This document shows, in pieces, positions 8,857 to 19,217 of a stretch of DNA of 64,000 nt. Position 1 is the first letter of the stretch. Each line of letters begins with the position of its first letter. A program made the translations under genes and the position numbers. The notes under the pieces are model-generated. The model was not told where the DNA came from. It ran no database searches and saw only the letters and a program-made list of their open reading frames with translations. The DNA lies in IMG/VR virus record IMGVR_UViG_3300012936_000007; one strand, given 5' to 3'. The stretch is from an uncultured virus (IMG/VR IMGVR_UViG_3300012936_000007). Taxonomy: Duplodnaviria; Heunggongvirae; Uroviricota; Caudoviricetes.

Positions 8857-9740
8857 GTAGTATAGACGATATAAAATATAACTTTGATGTAGGTGCAAGA
8901 GCAAATAGATTTGAAGTCAGGTTCTTATTACCTTTCAAATATTTTGGTTCATCAAAAAAAGTTTTATCAAAAATAGATGGAACAAAGAGAGGAACTGATG
9001 CTGAGGGAACTGAAGAGGCAAGACAGTCAGAGGTAATAGAAACACAAGGAAGGTTTATGGGAATGAGAGTAGAATCTTGTAGTTTGCCTGGCAGAACTAT
9101 AGGAACTACTGAATATGCAGAACAAGGAGCTGTAAGGGCAATGCCTACTGGTCAAGTTAGTGACGGTAATACGATTGATTTTACTTTTATATGTGACCAA
9201 AGTTTTGCAGATAGATTAATTATAGAAGCATGGCAACAAACAATATTTACTGCAGGAGAAAATAAACCAGTTCAAATAGGTCAAGATGCAACAGACGACC
9301 AAGAAGGAGTTGAAGCAAGTGACGGTGGAGTTGTTGGAACAGCATTTATGCCTAAAATGGCATGGTACGATGATTTTATTGGTGAAGTAGAAATAATACA
9401 ACAAAGAATAGATGGTAGGGGAAAAGAAGACGGAGCTGCTTTGAAATATACACTTAAAGAAGCATATCCAGTAAGTTTTCAACCTCAAACTTTAAGTATG
9501 GCTCAAGAAGGTGCTGGTATAATGAAATTCTCATGTAGTATTGCATACAGGTATTGGGAATCTCAATACTTTAAAGCACCTAAAAGGTCTGCACTAAATA
9601 AAGGAAGAGTTTTATTAGATTCGTTACTTAGTGGTAGCAATCTATTAAGTAGGTTCGGTAAAGAAGGCAAAATGCGTAAAACTTTAACGAACTTAGACAC
9701 AAGAACATCACAAATAGCAAATATATTTGGTGGTGGTTAA
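8853..9740 (+). CDS. gp54: baseplate tail-tube initiator (gp54-like, tube-protein fold)
   Basis: RANRFEV, SLPGR, L.EAYP, YRYW; synteny. Confidence 0.7.
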   Translation: MSSIDDIKYNFDVGARANRFEVRFLLPFKYFGSSKKVLSKIDGTKRGTDAEGTEEARQSEVIETQGRFMGMRVESCSLPGRTIGTTEYAEQGAVRAMPTGQVSDGNTIDFTFICDQSFADRLIIEAWQQTIFTAGENKPVQIGQDATDDQEGVEASDGGVVGTAFMPKMAWYDDFIGEVEIIQQRIDGRGKEDGAALKYTLKEAYPVSFQPQTLSMAQEGAGIMKFSCSIAYRYWESQYFKAPKRSALNKGRVLLDSLLSGSNLLSRFGKEGKMRKTLTNLDTRTSQIANIFGGG

Positions 9741-9761
9741 TATAATATGGAGTAATAGATT

Positions 9762-10472
9762 ATGGGATTACCAATCCAACAGGCACCTAAACATAAGTGC
9801 AAACTTAGTGATGGAACGGAAGTAACATTCCGACCATTTCTAGTCAAGGAACAAAAATATTTGTTACTTGCGAAAGAAGGAAAGGATAGTGTCGAGATAC
9901 TAGATGCAGTTCGTGGTGTCGTCAATCAAGTAACTGAAGGAAAGGTTGACTCAAACAAACTGCCTATGTACGACTTAGAATATCTTTTTTTACAAATTAG
10001 AATTAAATCTATTGGAGAGACATCGAAGATGGTTCTCTATTGTAAAGAAAAAGATTGTAACGGTACTGGTAACTTAGAGGTTGATTTGTCAGAGGTAGAA
10101 TTAAAATACCCTGAAGGAAATGTAATTGACCCTGAAGTTAAATTAACAGATACACTAGGTGTTGTATTAAAGTATCCAACTGCTATGCAAATGGCAAAAG
10201 TTGAGGTCATTGAAGACCAAGCAGAACAGTTAGTACAACTGTTGAAGTTCGGTATATCATCTATTTGGGATGGAGATACCGTTTACGATACTGATGATGT
10301 TCCTGATTCTGAACTTGGAGAGTTTGTTGAAAGTTTGACTATAGAACAAGTAGATAAACTAAATGCCTTTTTCGAAGGTATTCCTACTTTACAAAAAGAA
10401 GTAGAATACAAGTGCGATAGTTGTGGCACTGTAAACAAATCAACTATGAAAGGTTTACAAAGTTTTTTTTAG
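9762..10472 (+). CDS. gp26: baseplate hub assembly protein gp26
   Basis: RPFLVKE.K.LL, DLEYLFLQIR.KSIGE, LKYP, terminal GLQSFF. Confidence 0.88.
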   Translation: MGLPIQQAPKHKCKLSDGTEVTFRPFLVKEQKYLLLAKEGKDSVEILDAVRGVVNQVTEGKVDSNKLPMYDLEYLFLQIRIKSIGETSKMVLYCKEKDCNGTGNLEVDLSEVELKYPEGNVIDPEVKLTDTLGVVLKYPTAMQMAKVEVIEDQAEQLVQLLKFGISSIWDGDTVYDTDDVPDSELGEFVESLTIEQVDKLNAFFEGIPTLQKEVEYKCDSCGTVNKSTMKGLQSFF

Positions 10473-10660
10473 TAGCTCTTTCTCATGAAAATTTGGTGAA
10501 TTATTATAACACTAATTTTCAGTTAATGCAACATCACAAATATTCGTTAACTGAGTTAGAAGATATGATGCCTTGGGAAAGAGAAATTTATATCGGTTTG
10601 TTACTTAACTGGTTAGAGGAAGAAAAACAAAGAAACCAGCAGAAGAAGAATAGAGGATAA
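10469..10660 (+). CDS. gp51: gp51-like hub assembly catalyst, probably reached by -1 frameshift from gp26
   Basis: NF.LMQHHKYSLTELE.MMPWEREIY..LL; reading frame open from the T TTT TTT slippery site; no RBS before the first ATG (10526). Confidence 0.75.
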   Translation, partial: LVALSHENLVNYYNTNFQLMQHHKYSLTELEDMMPWEREIYIGLLLNWLEEEKQRNQQKKNRG

Positions 10661-10710
10661 ATTAGTTATGATTTCGTGAAGTGATTTTTTAATTTATATA
10701 AGGATAAAAA

Positions 10711-11091
10711 ATGGCTGAAGAAAAAGATAACAGTAGAAACGAAGTCGAAATTGATTTAGAGAAATATATGGCTCTCCTTGAGCAGTTGGACGAACAGGAA
10801 GACAAAATCAAGGAAATGCAGGAAGAGGCTAAGAAAGCAAAGGCAGGTCTTGAACCACCTAAAAGAAAATTCATAGACCTATTCTTAGACGACAATGATA
10901 TTAATGAAAAGGCAATCATTGGATTCATATCATTTTTCTTAATGACGATTTTTGGTATAACAGACTTAGTGACTGCACTTGCGTGGGACGTAGATTTAAA
11001 AGTTTCAGAAACAATCTACACCTCATTTGTAGTTGTAACACTAGGTGCATTTGGTATATCAGAAGCTGGTAAAGCATTTGGTAGCAAATAA
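10711..11091 (+). CDS. coiled-coil protein with two C-terminal transmembrane segments
   Basis: AAGGA RBS; hydrophobic IIGFISFFLMTIFGI and IYTSFVVVTLGAFGI. Confidence 0.7.
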   Translation: MAEEKDNSRNEVEIDLEKYMALLEQLDEQEDKIKEMQEEAKKAKAGLEPPKRKFIDLFLDDNDINEKAIIGFISFFLMTIFGITDLVTALAWDVDLKVSETIYTSFVVVTLGAFGISEAGKAFGSK

Positions 11092-11105
11092 CTAAGGACA
11101 AATAA

Positions 11106-13247
11106 ATGGCAACAGACAAAATTGATTTTTCGCCTATAGAAGAATACAATAGAGCTATAGCAGAGAATAGAAGAGAACTAGAAAATAATACTCGTTCTCT
11201 TCGTTCCCCATTTAAAAAACTCATAACAACAATCGGTGAAACTAATCAAGAATTAGCAAAAATAGCTACGGATTCTATTAAAGGTACACAAGATACTTGG
11301 AAAGGTCTTATAACCGAAGGTAGAAAAGAAAAGGCAATTAGAGCAGCTTTTAATGAAGAGTACAAATACATCTCAGAAGAGGTTAATGCATCTCAAAAAA
11401 GGCAGAAAGATATTCAGACTGAATATGAAGAATTTCAAAGAGACGTAAGTCGGCAAGAGCAAAAACGAGCTCGAGAAAAAGAGGATATGGCCTTTCAGGA
11501 AAAAATCCTACAGGAAGAAATTGCACAAAAAGAAAAAGAGTTTTATGAAAAAGAGTCAGAACAATCACTAAAAGAATATGAAGAGGCACAAAAATTTCTT
11601 GAAAAAATGCAAGAAGTTAATAAGGAAAGAACGGCCGCATTAGACGAAGAAGAGGAAACGCAAAATAGACGAAATACTTTTCAACAAAGAACTTTTGAGG
11701 ACAGTATTCAAAGTGAAAAAGATTATCGTAGAGAAGCAGAAAAAACAATCCTTGAAGCAAATGAAGCACTTGAACAAAAATTAGAAGAACTTTCTTCCAC
11801 AGAAAAATTCGATAAGTTTACTGGTAGTATCAAAACTCTTACAGGTGGTATTATAGACATTGAAGGAGTTTTAGACCCAGTTGCAAAACAAATTGGTGCA
11901 TTAAAAGACTTAGGTGCATCTATTGGTATAACTGGTGAAAACATGAAAAAGGGTTTCGGTAAACTGAAATCTGTATTCAAGGGCACAGAAGACGCTGGAG
12001 AAGAAAGTGGTAAAACTCTTAAAGAAAGAACTGAAGCATTTTCAGAATCACTCAACAGACAAAATAAAAAAACCAAAATGGGATTTGGTAAGTTACTTAA
12101 AAATGTAGGACTCACTGGTCTCGCTTTATTAGCATTAGTGATTGTAGTTAAAAAACTAATGGACACTTTCCCAAGATTCGGAAATTGGATGCGAAAGATT
12201 ATGGGATTAGACCCAATCCCTGAAGCAACTAAAACTGAGTTTGACAACCTATCAGATGAAGATAAGGCGGGAGATATTGGTCAAGACTTAATTGACCAAC
12301 AAGAAGACCGTCTAGAGTTCCAAGAAGATAAAGAAGGAATCGTAGGAACAGACAGAGCAGCTGAAAATGTACAGGCTGCTGGTGCTTTTGTAAAAGCAAC
12401 GGGTACAGCTATCAAAGGAACTGATGGTGGAGTAATCAAAAAAGCGATTGAAGGTTATAAAAGTGGTGGTGCTATGTATAATTCTGCAGGTCAGCTTGTT
12501 GACGAGAATATGAAGTATCGAGCACCAATAACAACAGGTGAAAGAGTTACAAATGCTTCAAAAGAGGCATTAAAACAAGCACCTAGAAGTTTGGTTGGAA
12601 ATACTATGAAAGTAGTTTCCAAAGCAGCTGCTCCAGCTACAGTACTTCTTACTGGTTTTGAGATTAAAAGAAATCTAGAAGAAAGTTCCGACATGAGAGC
12701 AACTCTTGATGAATTACTTGCATCAGGACAAATAACCCAAGAAGATTTTGACGAGTATTCAGGATACATAGACGAAAAAGAAAAGGAAGATGTAGTAAAA
12801 CCGATTACGTCTACAGCCGCTGGAGTTACTGCAAGTGCTGTTACAGCTAAAGTAGCCGCACCTATGCTTGCTTTTGGGCCACCAGGCTGGATAGCATATG
12901 CTATTACTGTTGCAGCTGCAGGATTAACTGCAAGTGCTGTTGCAGATAAAGTTGTTGATACTACCATGACTGGTGATGATAAAATTAATGAAGCATTAGA
13001 TGAATACGGTGAAAGTTTTGATACTGATGATATTAAGGACGACCTTAATGAAATGTATATAGACCAAGAAAATGCAGCTGAAAAAATTAAAGAAATGGAA
13101 ATAATGAAATCAAGTGGTATAGACACATCAGCAGCTGATGTTGCAAATATTGTTCAAGCAGTTGCAGATAATAAAACATCAAACACATCGCATCATTATG
13201 AAAGTGGTGGTGCAAGAGAATCAGGGGTAACGGCGCCAGGAAACTAA
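11106..13247 (+). CDS. tape-measure / gp29-like tail length determinator
   Basis: Long E/K/Q coiled coil with hydrophobic Ala/Gly-rich segments; lies between gp51 and gp48. Confidence 0.6.
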   Translation: MATDKIDFSPIEEYNRAIAENRRELENNTRSLRSPFKKLITTIGETNQELAKIATDSIKGTQDTWKGLITEGRKEKAIRAAFNEEYKYISEEVNASQKRQKDIQTEYEEFQRDVSRQEQKRAREKEDMAFQEKILQEEIAQKEKEFYEKESEQSLKEYEEAQKFLEKMQEVNKERTAALDEEEETQNRRNTFQQRTFEDSIQSEKDYRREAEKTILEANEALEQKLEELSSTEKFDKFTGSIKTLTGGIIDIEGVLDPVAKQIGALKDLGASIGITGENMKKGFGKLKSVFKGTEDAGEESGKTLKERTEAFSESLNRQNKKTKMGFGKLLKNVGLTGLALLALVIVVKKLMDTFPRFGNWMRKIMGLDPIPEATKTEFDNLSDEDKAGDIGQDLIDQQEDRLEFQEDKEGIVGTDRAAENVQAAGAFVKATGTAIKGTDGGVIKKAIEGYKSGGAMYNSAGQLVDENMKYRAPITTGERVTNASKEALKQAPRSLVGNTMKVVSKAAAPATVLLTGFEIKRNLEESSDMRATLDELLASGQITQEDFDEYSGYIDEKEKEDVVKPITSTAAGVTASAVTAKVAAPMLAFGPPGWIAYAITVAAAGLTASAVADKVVDTTMTGDDKINEALDEYGESFDTDDIKDDLNEMYIDQENAAEKIKEMEIMKSSGIDTSAADVANIVQAVADNKTSNTSHHYESGGARESGVTAPGN

Positions 13248-13248
13248 T

Positions 13249-14385
13249 ATGGGATTAAGTAAATTAATTAAAAAAGTAAATAAAGCAAAATCTGCTATAA
13301 ACTCTTTAAAAGGTATATCTTCTAAACTACAAAGTTTAAACTACGATAGTGTCACAGACCAACTTGGGGAAGAAGCAAAAAAAGCACAAGAACATTTAAG
13401 AAACACTAGAAAAAGAGATAGTTCTTTACTTGCTGGTCATAGTCGAAGATTAAAGTTAATGGAAAATAAACCAACTGCTGGAGCAGAAGAACTTATGTTT
13501 CCTATGGGAGATATACTAGAAAATTATATTGTATTTAAAATGAGACCAAGAAGAGTGGGTGGAACCTCATTAGATGGAAGTCCAATGAATGTATCTGAAG
13601 GAACAAACGCAAATCTTTTCAGTGACACAAATAGAGAAATATACCTATACATTCCAAGTGACTTTAGCAGTTCTTCAGATGCATCTTATACCACAGCAGA
13701 TTTTGGTTTAAGTGCAAGACAACTAGATGCATTTATTGAAAGAGTTGCTGATGGAAATGTTGTTGATGCAGTTACTGATATGGGAGTAGGAAAATTACTT
13801 GACCAAGGTATAACTTCAATGTTTAATAAACTGCAAGGTGGTATTAAAAATGTAAGAGAAGGACGTGCAAAAAACCCTATGACAGAATCCATGTTTGAGG
13901 GGGTTGGGTTTAGAGAGTTTAATTTTGATTATCAATTCTGGCCCAAAAATGAAGATGAACAAAACATGGTAAATCATATAATCTATACTTTTAGAACTGC
14001 AATGTTGCCAGATACATATGGTGCTTCAAGATTAATAAACGGAAAACCAGCACAAGAGTTAAATGAAGATGAAAACTATTTTAACCATCCAAATATTTTT
14101 GATGTTGCGTGGGAAGGCCCAATAAAGAAACACGTTGACGGTTTCTTACCTATGGTTTTGAAAAAGTGTGATGTTAAACATTTCAATAATGGTAATACCA
14201 CAACTTTTGCAAATGGAGCTCCAGTATCAGTTCAAATGTCTTTAAATTTCCAAGAAATAAAACAACTTACGCAAGAATCCTATCAGGAAATTTCTGCAAT
14301 GTACAATGGTCAAGAACCTTTATTAACATCTATGAAATCAGTAGCAGCTGATGGTGGTAGAAAAACTCAAACGATTGACGGATAG
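13249..14385 (+). CDS. gp48: baseplate tail-tube cap gp48
   Basis: IYLYIP, NP..E..FEGV.FREF.F...F.PKN..E, L.F.EI..LT. Confidence 0.8.
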   Translation: MGLSKLIKKVNKAKSAINSLKGISSKLQSLNYDSVTDQLGEEAKKAQEHLRNTRKRDSSLLAGHSRRLKLMENKPTAGAEELMFPMGDILENYIVFKMRPRRVGGTSLDGSPMNVSEGTNANLFSDTNREIYLYIPSDFSSSSDASYTTADFGLSARQLDAFIERVADGNVVDAVTDMGVGKLLDQGITSMFNKLQGGIKNVREGRAKNPMTESMFEGVGFREFNFDYQFWPKNEDEQNMVNHIIYTFRTAMLPDTYGASRLINGKPAQELNEDENYFNHPNIFDVAWEGPIKKHVDGFLPMVLKKCDVKHFNNGNTTTFANGAPVSVQMSLNFQEIKQLTQESYQEISAMYNGQEPLLTSMKSVAADGGRKTQTIDG

Positions 14386-14390
14386 TAGAT

Positions 14391-15119
14391 ATGGCAAATC
14401 ACTTATTTAAAAACTTTCCTACAATATCCTATAAACTTAACACTGGTGAGATTGTTAGGGTTAAGGATTTTTTTCGTAAAGCAAAAATAGAAAGTGGAGC
14501 ATTAGATTCCATAATAGAATATCAAAAATATGAAATACTAGATGGTGAAAGACCTGATGTGGTCGCAACAAAACTATATGGTGATGGTCATTTACATTGG
14601 ATATTTTTCCTAGTAAATGATTTTGATAATTACTATGATTGGTTTATGGACTATGAAACTTTTGAAAATTATTTACAAGAAAAATATCAAGGTCAAAATT
14701 TAATTGCACCAAATACAACTGATATAGTTTCTGCAAGTTCTAAGTTTCTAATTGGTGAAACAGTTAAAACAAACTTAGGAAAGTCTGCAAGTGTTTTAAG
14801 TGTAGACCCACAAAATAAAAGTATATGTGTTTTAGGAGACACAATAGATTCAGGAGAAGTTGTATCTTCTCATGACAAAGACGGTAATGTTGTAAAATCA
14901 TTTACCATATCTTCTGTATCTGATGCAAGAGATGGTGTTCATCACTATGAAGATAGTTTAGGAAACAAGAGAACTTATGGTGGAACAGGTTGGTCACCAG
15001 TAACACATTTTACTAAAGAGTATAATGATAACGAAGATAAAAGAACAATTAAAATAATTAGTCCCAACAGAATAAAGTCAGTACTGCGAGAATTTGAAAG
15101 AATAATGTTGTCAGACTAA
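14391..15119 (+). CDS. gp53: baseplate wedge gp53
   Basis: F.NFP.I.Y, I.DGERPD.VA..LYGD..LHWI...VN, NE.KR.IKI. Confidence 0.88.
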   Translation: MANHLFKNFPTISYKLNTGEIVRVKDFFRKAKIESGALDSIIEYQKYEILDGERPDVVATKLYGDGHLHWIFFLVNDFDNYYDWFMDYETFENYLQEKYQGQNLIAPNTTDIVSASSKFLIGETVKTNLGKSASVLSVDPQNKSICVLGDTIDSGEVVSSHDKDGNVVKSFTISSVSDARDGVHHYEDSLGNKRTYGGTGWSPVTHFTKEYNDNEDKRTIKIISPNRIKSVLREFERIMLSD

Positions 15120-15132
15120 TAGGTAAAATATT

Positions 15133-16644
15133 ATGAATCAAGAAATCTTACAAGACGAAGAATTTTTTCGTCCCTTTACTGTTAAAGCTATTCATATAGT
15201 AAACCAAGAAGGAATGTCAAATAACTTATCGGGAATCGTTGCAGGTTTTCGTTTGTATGAAAGTATTGAGAAAAAATTTCTTACAGGTTATATCACTATA
15301 CTAGATGGTGTAAACATACAAAAGTATTTTAGATTTACTGGACAAGAGTTTTTAAGAATTTCATTTGGACATGGTGCAGATGAAGATGAGAAACCAGGCC
15401 CAATATTAGATTTAACATTTAGAATTTTTAAAATGTCAAATCAAATGAGACATAATGAAATAATTCAATATTATAGACTAGATTTTTGTGACCCAGCATT
15501 ATTCATTGCAAACACTACTAGATTTAGTAAAGTGTTTAGAGGTTCTTATAGTGATATGTTGTACAAAGTTATCAATCAAGGATTATCAATTCCTGCATCT
15601 GATATAGACCACTGGGAAACAACTGAAACAGAAAACAACCAAGTAGTTTGTCCTAATTGGAGAGGAACTAGATTAATTGAATACTTAACCAACAATGCAG
15701 ATAAAGGAACAAATTCCTCGTGGAGAAATGGTATGTTCTTTTATCAAACAATGGTACATGGATATAATTTCAAATCAGTAGACTCCATGTGTAGTGGTGA
15801 AACAACAGAGTTAAGAAAAGGTGATGAAAAAATAAACCCTGTTCATAAGTTCATTTATAAACCCTCATCTTCTGCAGGGGATAGTTCAAATAGAGAACAA
15901 ATACTCAACGTAACAAAACCACAAGTTTTTGATACATTAGTAGGAACTGTAAATGGTGCGTATGCATCTCATTCTAAATCGTATGATTCTGTTAGAAAAT
16001 TAGAAAAAGAAAATGTTTACGATATAGAGGAAACTATGAATAGAGGTGAGTCTCATGTATCAAAGTTTCCTTTAATTAGAACCGAAAGTACTTTAACTGA
16101 TGGATATGAGAAAGCATTCACAACGGAGAATCCTCTCGGTGATGAATTTCCACCAGTGCATGACGTACCACACCAATTTCAAATGCCACCAAACAAACAA
16201 AAAAATAGTATGGTCTTATATGACTTTGATACAAATCATGACTTTGATAATAGTTCAGACTATTCAAGTGACGAAGTGTTTAGTGGAAACAAAATTAAAG
16301 ATAACTCTAAATTAGAAAGGTTTGGTTTAAAAGAAATATTAAATCAGAACAGAATAGAAATAATGATTCCTATAAGAACTGATATATCTGTAGGAAACAT
16401 AGTGGAGTTAATTATACCTGAACCTGAAGTCATGGACGATACTTCTAATAATAAAGATGCAATAAATGACAATAGATATTTGGTTGCTGATTTGTGTTTG
16501 TCAGCAAATATACAAAAAGGAGAGGGTATATTGATATTAGAATGTCTCAAAGAAAGTTACGCACAAAAAATCGAAACAGATATTCTTAATCAAATGATTG
16601 ATTCATCAACTCCACCTGAAAATATAGACCTAGAAAAATCATGA
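15133..16644 (+). CDS. baseplate hub protein (gp27-like)
   Basis: Position between gp53 and gp5; LYESI...FLTG.I.I.D, G.E.L.I, FFYQT..GYNFKS.D. Confidence 0.6.
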   Translation: MNQEILQDEEFFRPFTVKAIHIVNQEGMSNNLSGIVAGFRLYESIEKKFLTGYITILDGVNIQKYFRFTGQEFLRISFGHGADEDEKPGPILDLTFRIFKMSNQMRHNEIIQYYRLDFCDPALFIANTTRFSKVFRGSYSDMLYKVINQGLSIPASDIDHWETTETENNQVVCPNWRGTRLIEYLTNNADKGTNSSWRNGMFFYQTMVHGYNFKSVDSMCSGETTELRKGDEKINPVHKFIYKPSSSAGDSSNREQILNVTKPQVFDTLVGTVNGAYASHSKSYDSVRKLEKENVYDIEETMNRGESHVSKFPLIRTESTLTDGYEKAFTTENPLGDEFPPVHDVPHQFQMPPNKQKNSMVLYDFDTNHDFDNSSDYSSDEVFSGNKIKDNSKLERFGLKEILNQNRIEIMIPIRTDISVGNIVELIIPEPEVMDDTSNNKDAINDNRYLVADLCLSANIQKGEGILILECLKESYAQKIETDILNQMIDSSTPPENIDLEKS

Positions 16645-17651
16645 TACATTATTACGGAATAGTAGAAGATAGACAAGACCCACTAAAAATTGGTAGGGTT
16701 CGTGTTCGTGTGCATGGATTACATTCTGATGACAAAGGTGATATTGCAACACCCGACTTACCATGGGCTCAAGTAATATTACCTACGACTTCTGCAGGGT
16801 TTTCAGGATTTGGAACACAACACGGACTCGTAGAAGGTTCTACAGTAATTTTATTTTTTAAAGATGATGATATGCAACAACCAGTCGTAATTGGTTCTTC
16901 ACCAGGCATACCACAAGTAGGATATAAAGAAGACCCAAGAGGTAAACTAATAAAAAGAAGGGTAAAAGGAGACACTAGAGGTTTTAATGACCCAAGGGAA
17001 CTAACAGTTGATGCATATGACGGAAAACCTGATGGAAAGAATCCTGAACACTCACCTAAAAGAGGATTTGGATTAACGACTGCATTAGATACTGCACCTA
17101 AAATCTACAAGACTAGAACTATAGATTATAAAGCAAAAGGTTCTACAATAGAAGAACAAACTCTTACAGATAGTGATTTACCATATTATCCATTATTTAA
17201 AGAGAAGTCAGACCTAGCTCCACAATCAAGAAACGATAAAGACTTATGGTCATATGACGATAGAGGTATACCAAAGGATATTTTATCCAAAGAAATAAAG
17301 TCTCCTGCAAATCCAGTTTATCCATACAACAAAGCATTGTTTACAGAATCAGGTCATTTATTAGAAATAGATGATACACTAGGTGCTGAAAGAATTGCAA
17401 TAGAACATAGGTCAGGAACTTTTCAGGAGATTCACCCTGACGGTTCTAAAGTTACTAGAGTCGTAAATGATAATTACACTGTAGTGTGTAAAGACGAAGA
17501 AGTGTATATTGGTGGTAAGGTAAATATAACTGTAGGTGGTGATGCAAAAATTACTGTTGGTGGTAAAACAGATATAGACTCCTCAGATAATCTTTCTGTA
17601 GTCGCACCTGAAATACGATTAATAGGAACAGTTGTCAAACTGAATTCATAA
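16641..17651 (+). CDS. gp5: baseplate central spike gp5 (OB-fold plus short beta-helix, no lysozyme domain)
   Basis: GIVEDR.DPLK.GRVRVR..G.H, LPWA, YPYN....TESGH..E.DDT.G.ERI...HRSG. Confidence 0.9.
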   Translation: MIHYYGIVEDRQDPLKIGRVRVRVHGLHSDDKGDIATPDLPWAQVILPTTSAGFSGFGTQHGLVEGSTVILFFKDDDMQQPVVIGSSPGIPQVGYKEDPRGKLIKRRVKGDTRGFNDPRELTVDAYDGKPDGKNPEHSPKRGFGLTTALDTAPKIYKTRTIDYKAKGSTIEEQTLTDSDLPYYPLFKEKSDLAPQSRNDKDLWSYDDRGIPKDILSKEIKSPANPVYPYNKALFTESGHLLEIDDTLGAERIAIEHRSGTFQEIHPDGSKVTRVVNDNYTVVCKDEEVYIGGKVNITVGGDAKITVGGKTDIDSSDNLSVVAPEIRLIGTVVKLNS

Positions 17652-19180
17652 TGACTGAAGCAACAGCAGAAACTCCAGCAGGATTTACAGTACAAGTCCC
17701 TAGTTCATTTCCTTGTCCACCTGATGATATATTTTCTTTACCTACTAAAGAAGAGTTGGTAAAGTTTATAAACAGTATCGCACAAATACCAAGTAAACTA
17801 AGAGTTGAAATGGTAAAGTTAGGTAAGGAATTAAAGGCAGAAATAAAAGAGGAAATCGAACAAGTCATAAAAGACATTGAAGATTTTATAGAAACTATAT
17901 CTGAACTGTTAAGTCCTTATTGGAAAAAAGGAACTGTTCGTAACTGGCAAAAAGAAGCTAACGATGCGATTACAGAATTCATTCAGGAGTTTCATAATTT
18001 TATTCCTACAAAAATTGCAGAACTTATTTCAAAAATTGTACCCATAAGTTTGACGGTAAACATTTTTGGTTTGAGTATAGATTGTACTAGACTCTTTGAC
18101 CCTGCATATCAAAAAGAACTTCAAGACCAAATCTCAGGATTAGGGCCTGAGTATATGAAGAAGTTAGAAAAACTTAGACAGGATTTAAAAGACGGAAAGA
18201 TAACTGCAGAAGAGTTTAGAAAAGAAATGGAAAAACTAGTTGCAGAAAAAAGTGCAATCGTAGATAAGTTTTTTAAAATGCTTCCTGAAAATATGCAAGG
18301 TTGGAATGAAGAGTTTGGTGCGAAGTGTGACGAGTGGAAAGCAAAATACACATGGCAATATATCAAAACTGAAATACAAGAATTTTTAACACAAGGTTTA
18401 CACAAAGCATTTGGTAAACTGATTAGTATCTTTGACCCAATATGGAAATTATTAGGTTTACCTAATCTTGGTGCATTGATTGGTGGTGATATAGATGTAG
18501 GTGCATTGATAGATGCAAAAATAAAATCATTCAAAGAAAAAAGAGATAAACTAATTGAAGATTTAAAAAATGCAAAAGGTAAAGCAAAAGAAAAAATATT
18601 GCAAGAACTAGAAGACGTTAGTAAATCTATTACAGATGCGATTGGTGAAATCAAATTGTTTGGATTTGATATTTTAAAAATTATTGGTGGTAAAATAGAA
18701 ACTACAGTAGAGTCTCTTGAAGAAAAAGTTTTAGAAATGAAACTTGCATTTAAAGACTTTCTTCAAAACTGGAAAAAGAAATTAATGTTTGACTGGGTCA
18801 AGATTGTTAAAAAGTTTTTCAGTGCGATTGGATTAGGATTTATTTTTGAATGGGTCTTCTTTACTTTTTGTGATTTCTTAAAGTTAATTGGATTCCCACC
18901 AAAACTTCCAGTCATTCCTGCGATTGCAGGTGTAATGGGTGTAAAGGAATTAGTGTCAAAAGGTAGTGACTATGTCCAAGATATAGGAGACGATTCAGGA
19001 GTATCATTTGAAGTTGCAGACGGAGATAAAAAATCATTTAGTGTCAACACTGGAACTGGTTCTCTTAATGTATTTGTAAATGGAGTAAAACAAACATCAG
19101 GTATATCAATCGTTGGTGGTTCAGTTACTTTTGCTACTGCACCAGCAGCTGGACAAGATGTATCACTAATTTTAATATAG
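17651..19180 (+). CDS. hypothetical helical virion-associated protein with C-terminal beta domain
   Basis: TAATG coupling to gp5; amphipathic helices; C-terminal VFVNGVKQ...VTFATAP. Confidence 0.6.
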   Translation: MTEATAETPAGFTVQVPSSFPCPPDDIFSLPTKEELVKFINSIAQIPSKLRVEMVKLGKELKAEIKEEIEQVIKDIEDFIETISELLSPYWKKGTVRNWQKEANDAITEFIQEFHNFIPTKIAELISKIVPISLTVNIFGLSIDCTRLFDPAYQKELQDQISGLGPEYMKKLEKLRQDLKDGKITAEEFRKEMEKLVAEKSAIVDKFFKMLPENMQGWNEEFGAKCDEWKAKYTWQYIKTEIQEFLTQGLHKAFGKLISIFDPIWKLLGLPNLGALIGGDIDVGALIDAKIKSFKEKRDKLIEDLKNAKGKAKEKILQELEDVSKSITDAIGEIKLFGFDILKIIGGKIETTVESLEEKVLEMKLAFKDFLQNWKKKLMFDWVKIVKKFFSAIGLGFIFEWVFFTFCDFLKLIGFPPKLPVIPAIAGVMGVKELVSKGSDYVQDIGDDSGVSFEVADGDKKSFSVNTGTGSLNVFVNGVKQTSGISIVGGSVTFATAPAAGQDVSLILI

Positions 19181-19204
19181 GATAAACTAACTTAATAGTT
19201 AGTG

Positions 19205-19212
19205 TATAAATA
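19205..19212 (+). promoter_or_regulatory. T4 late promoter
   Basis: TATAAATA upstream of gp25. Confidence 0.8.
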
Positions 19213-19217
19213 GATAT

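Noticed and set aside
10421..10468. ORF-track start for gp51 at 10421 (MWHCKQ...)
   Set aside because: It overlaps the conserved gp26 C-terminus with a TTG start and no RBS; the frameshift or an internal start is more plausible
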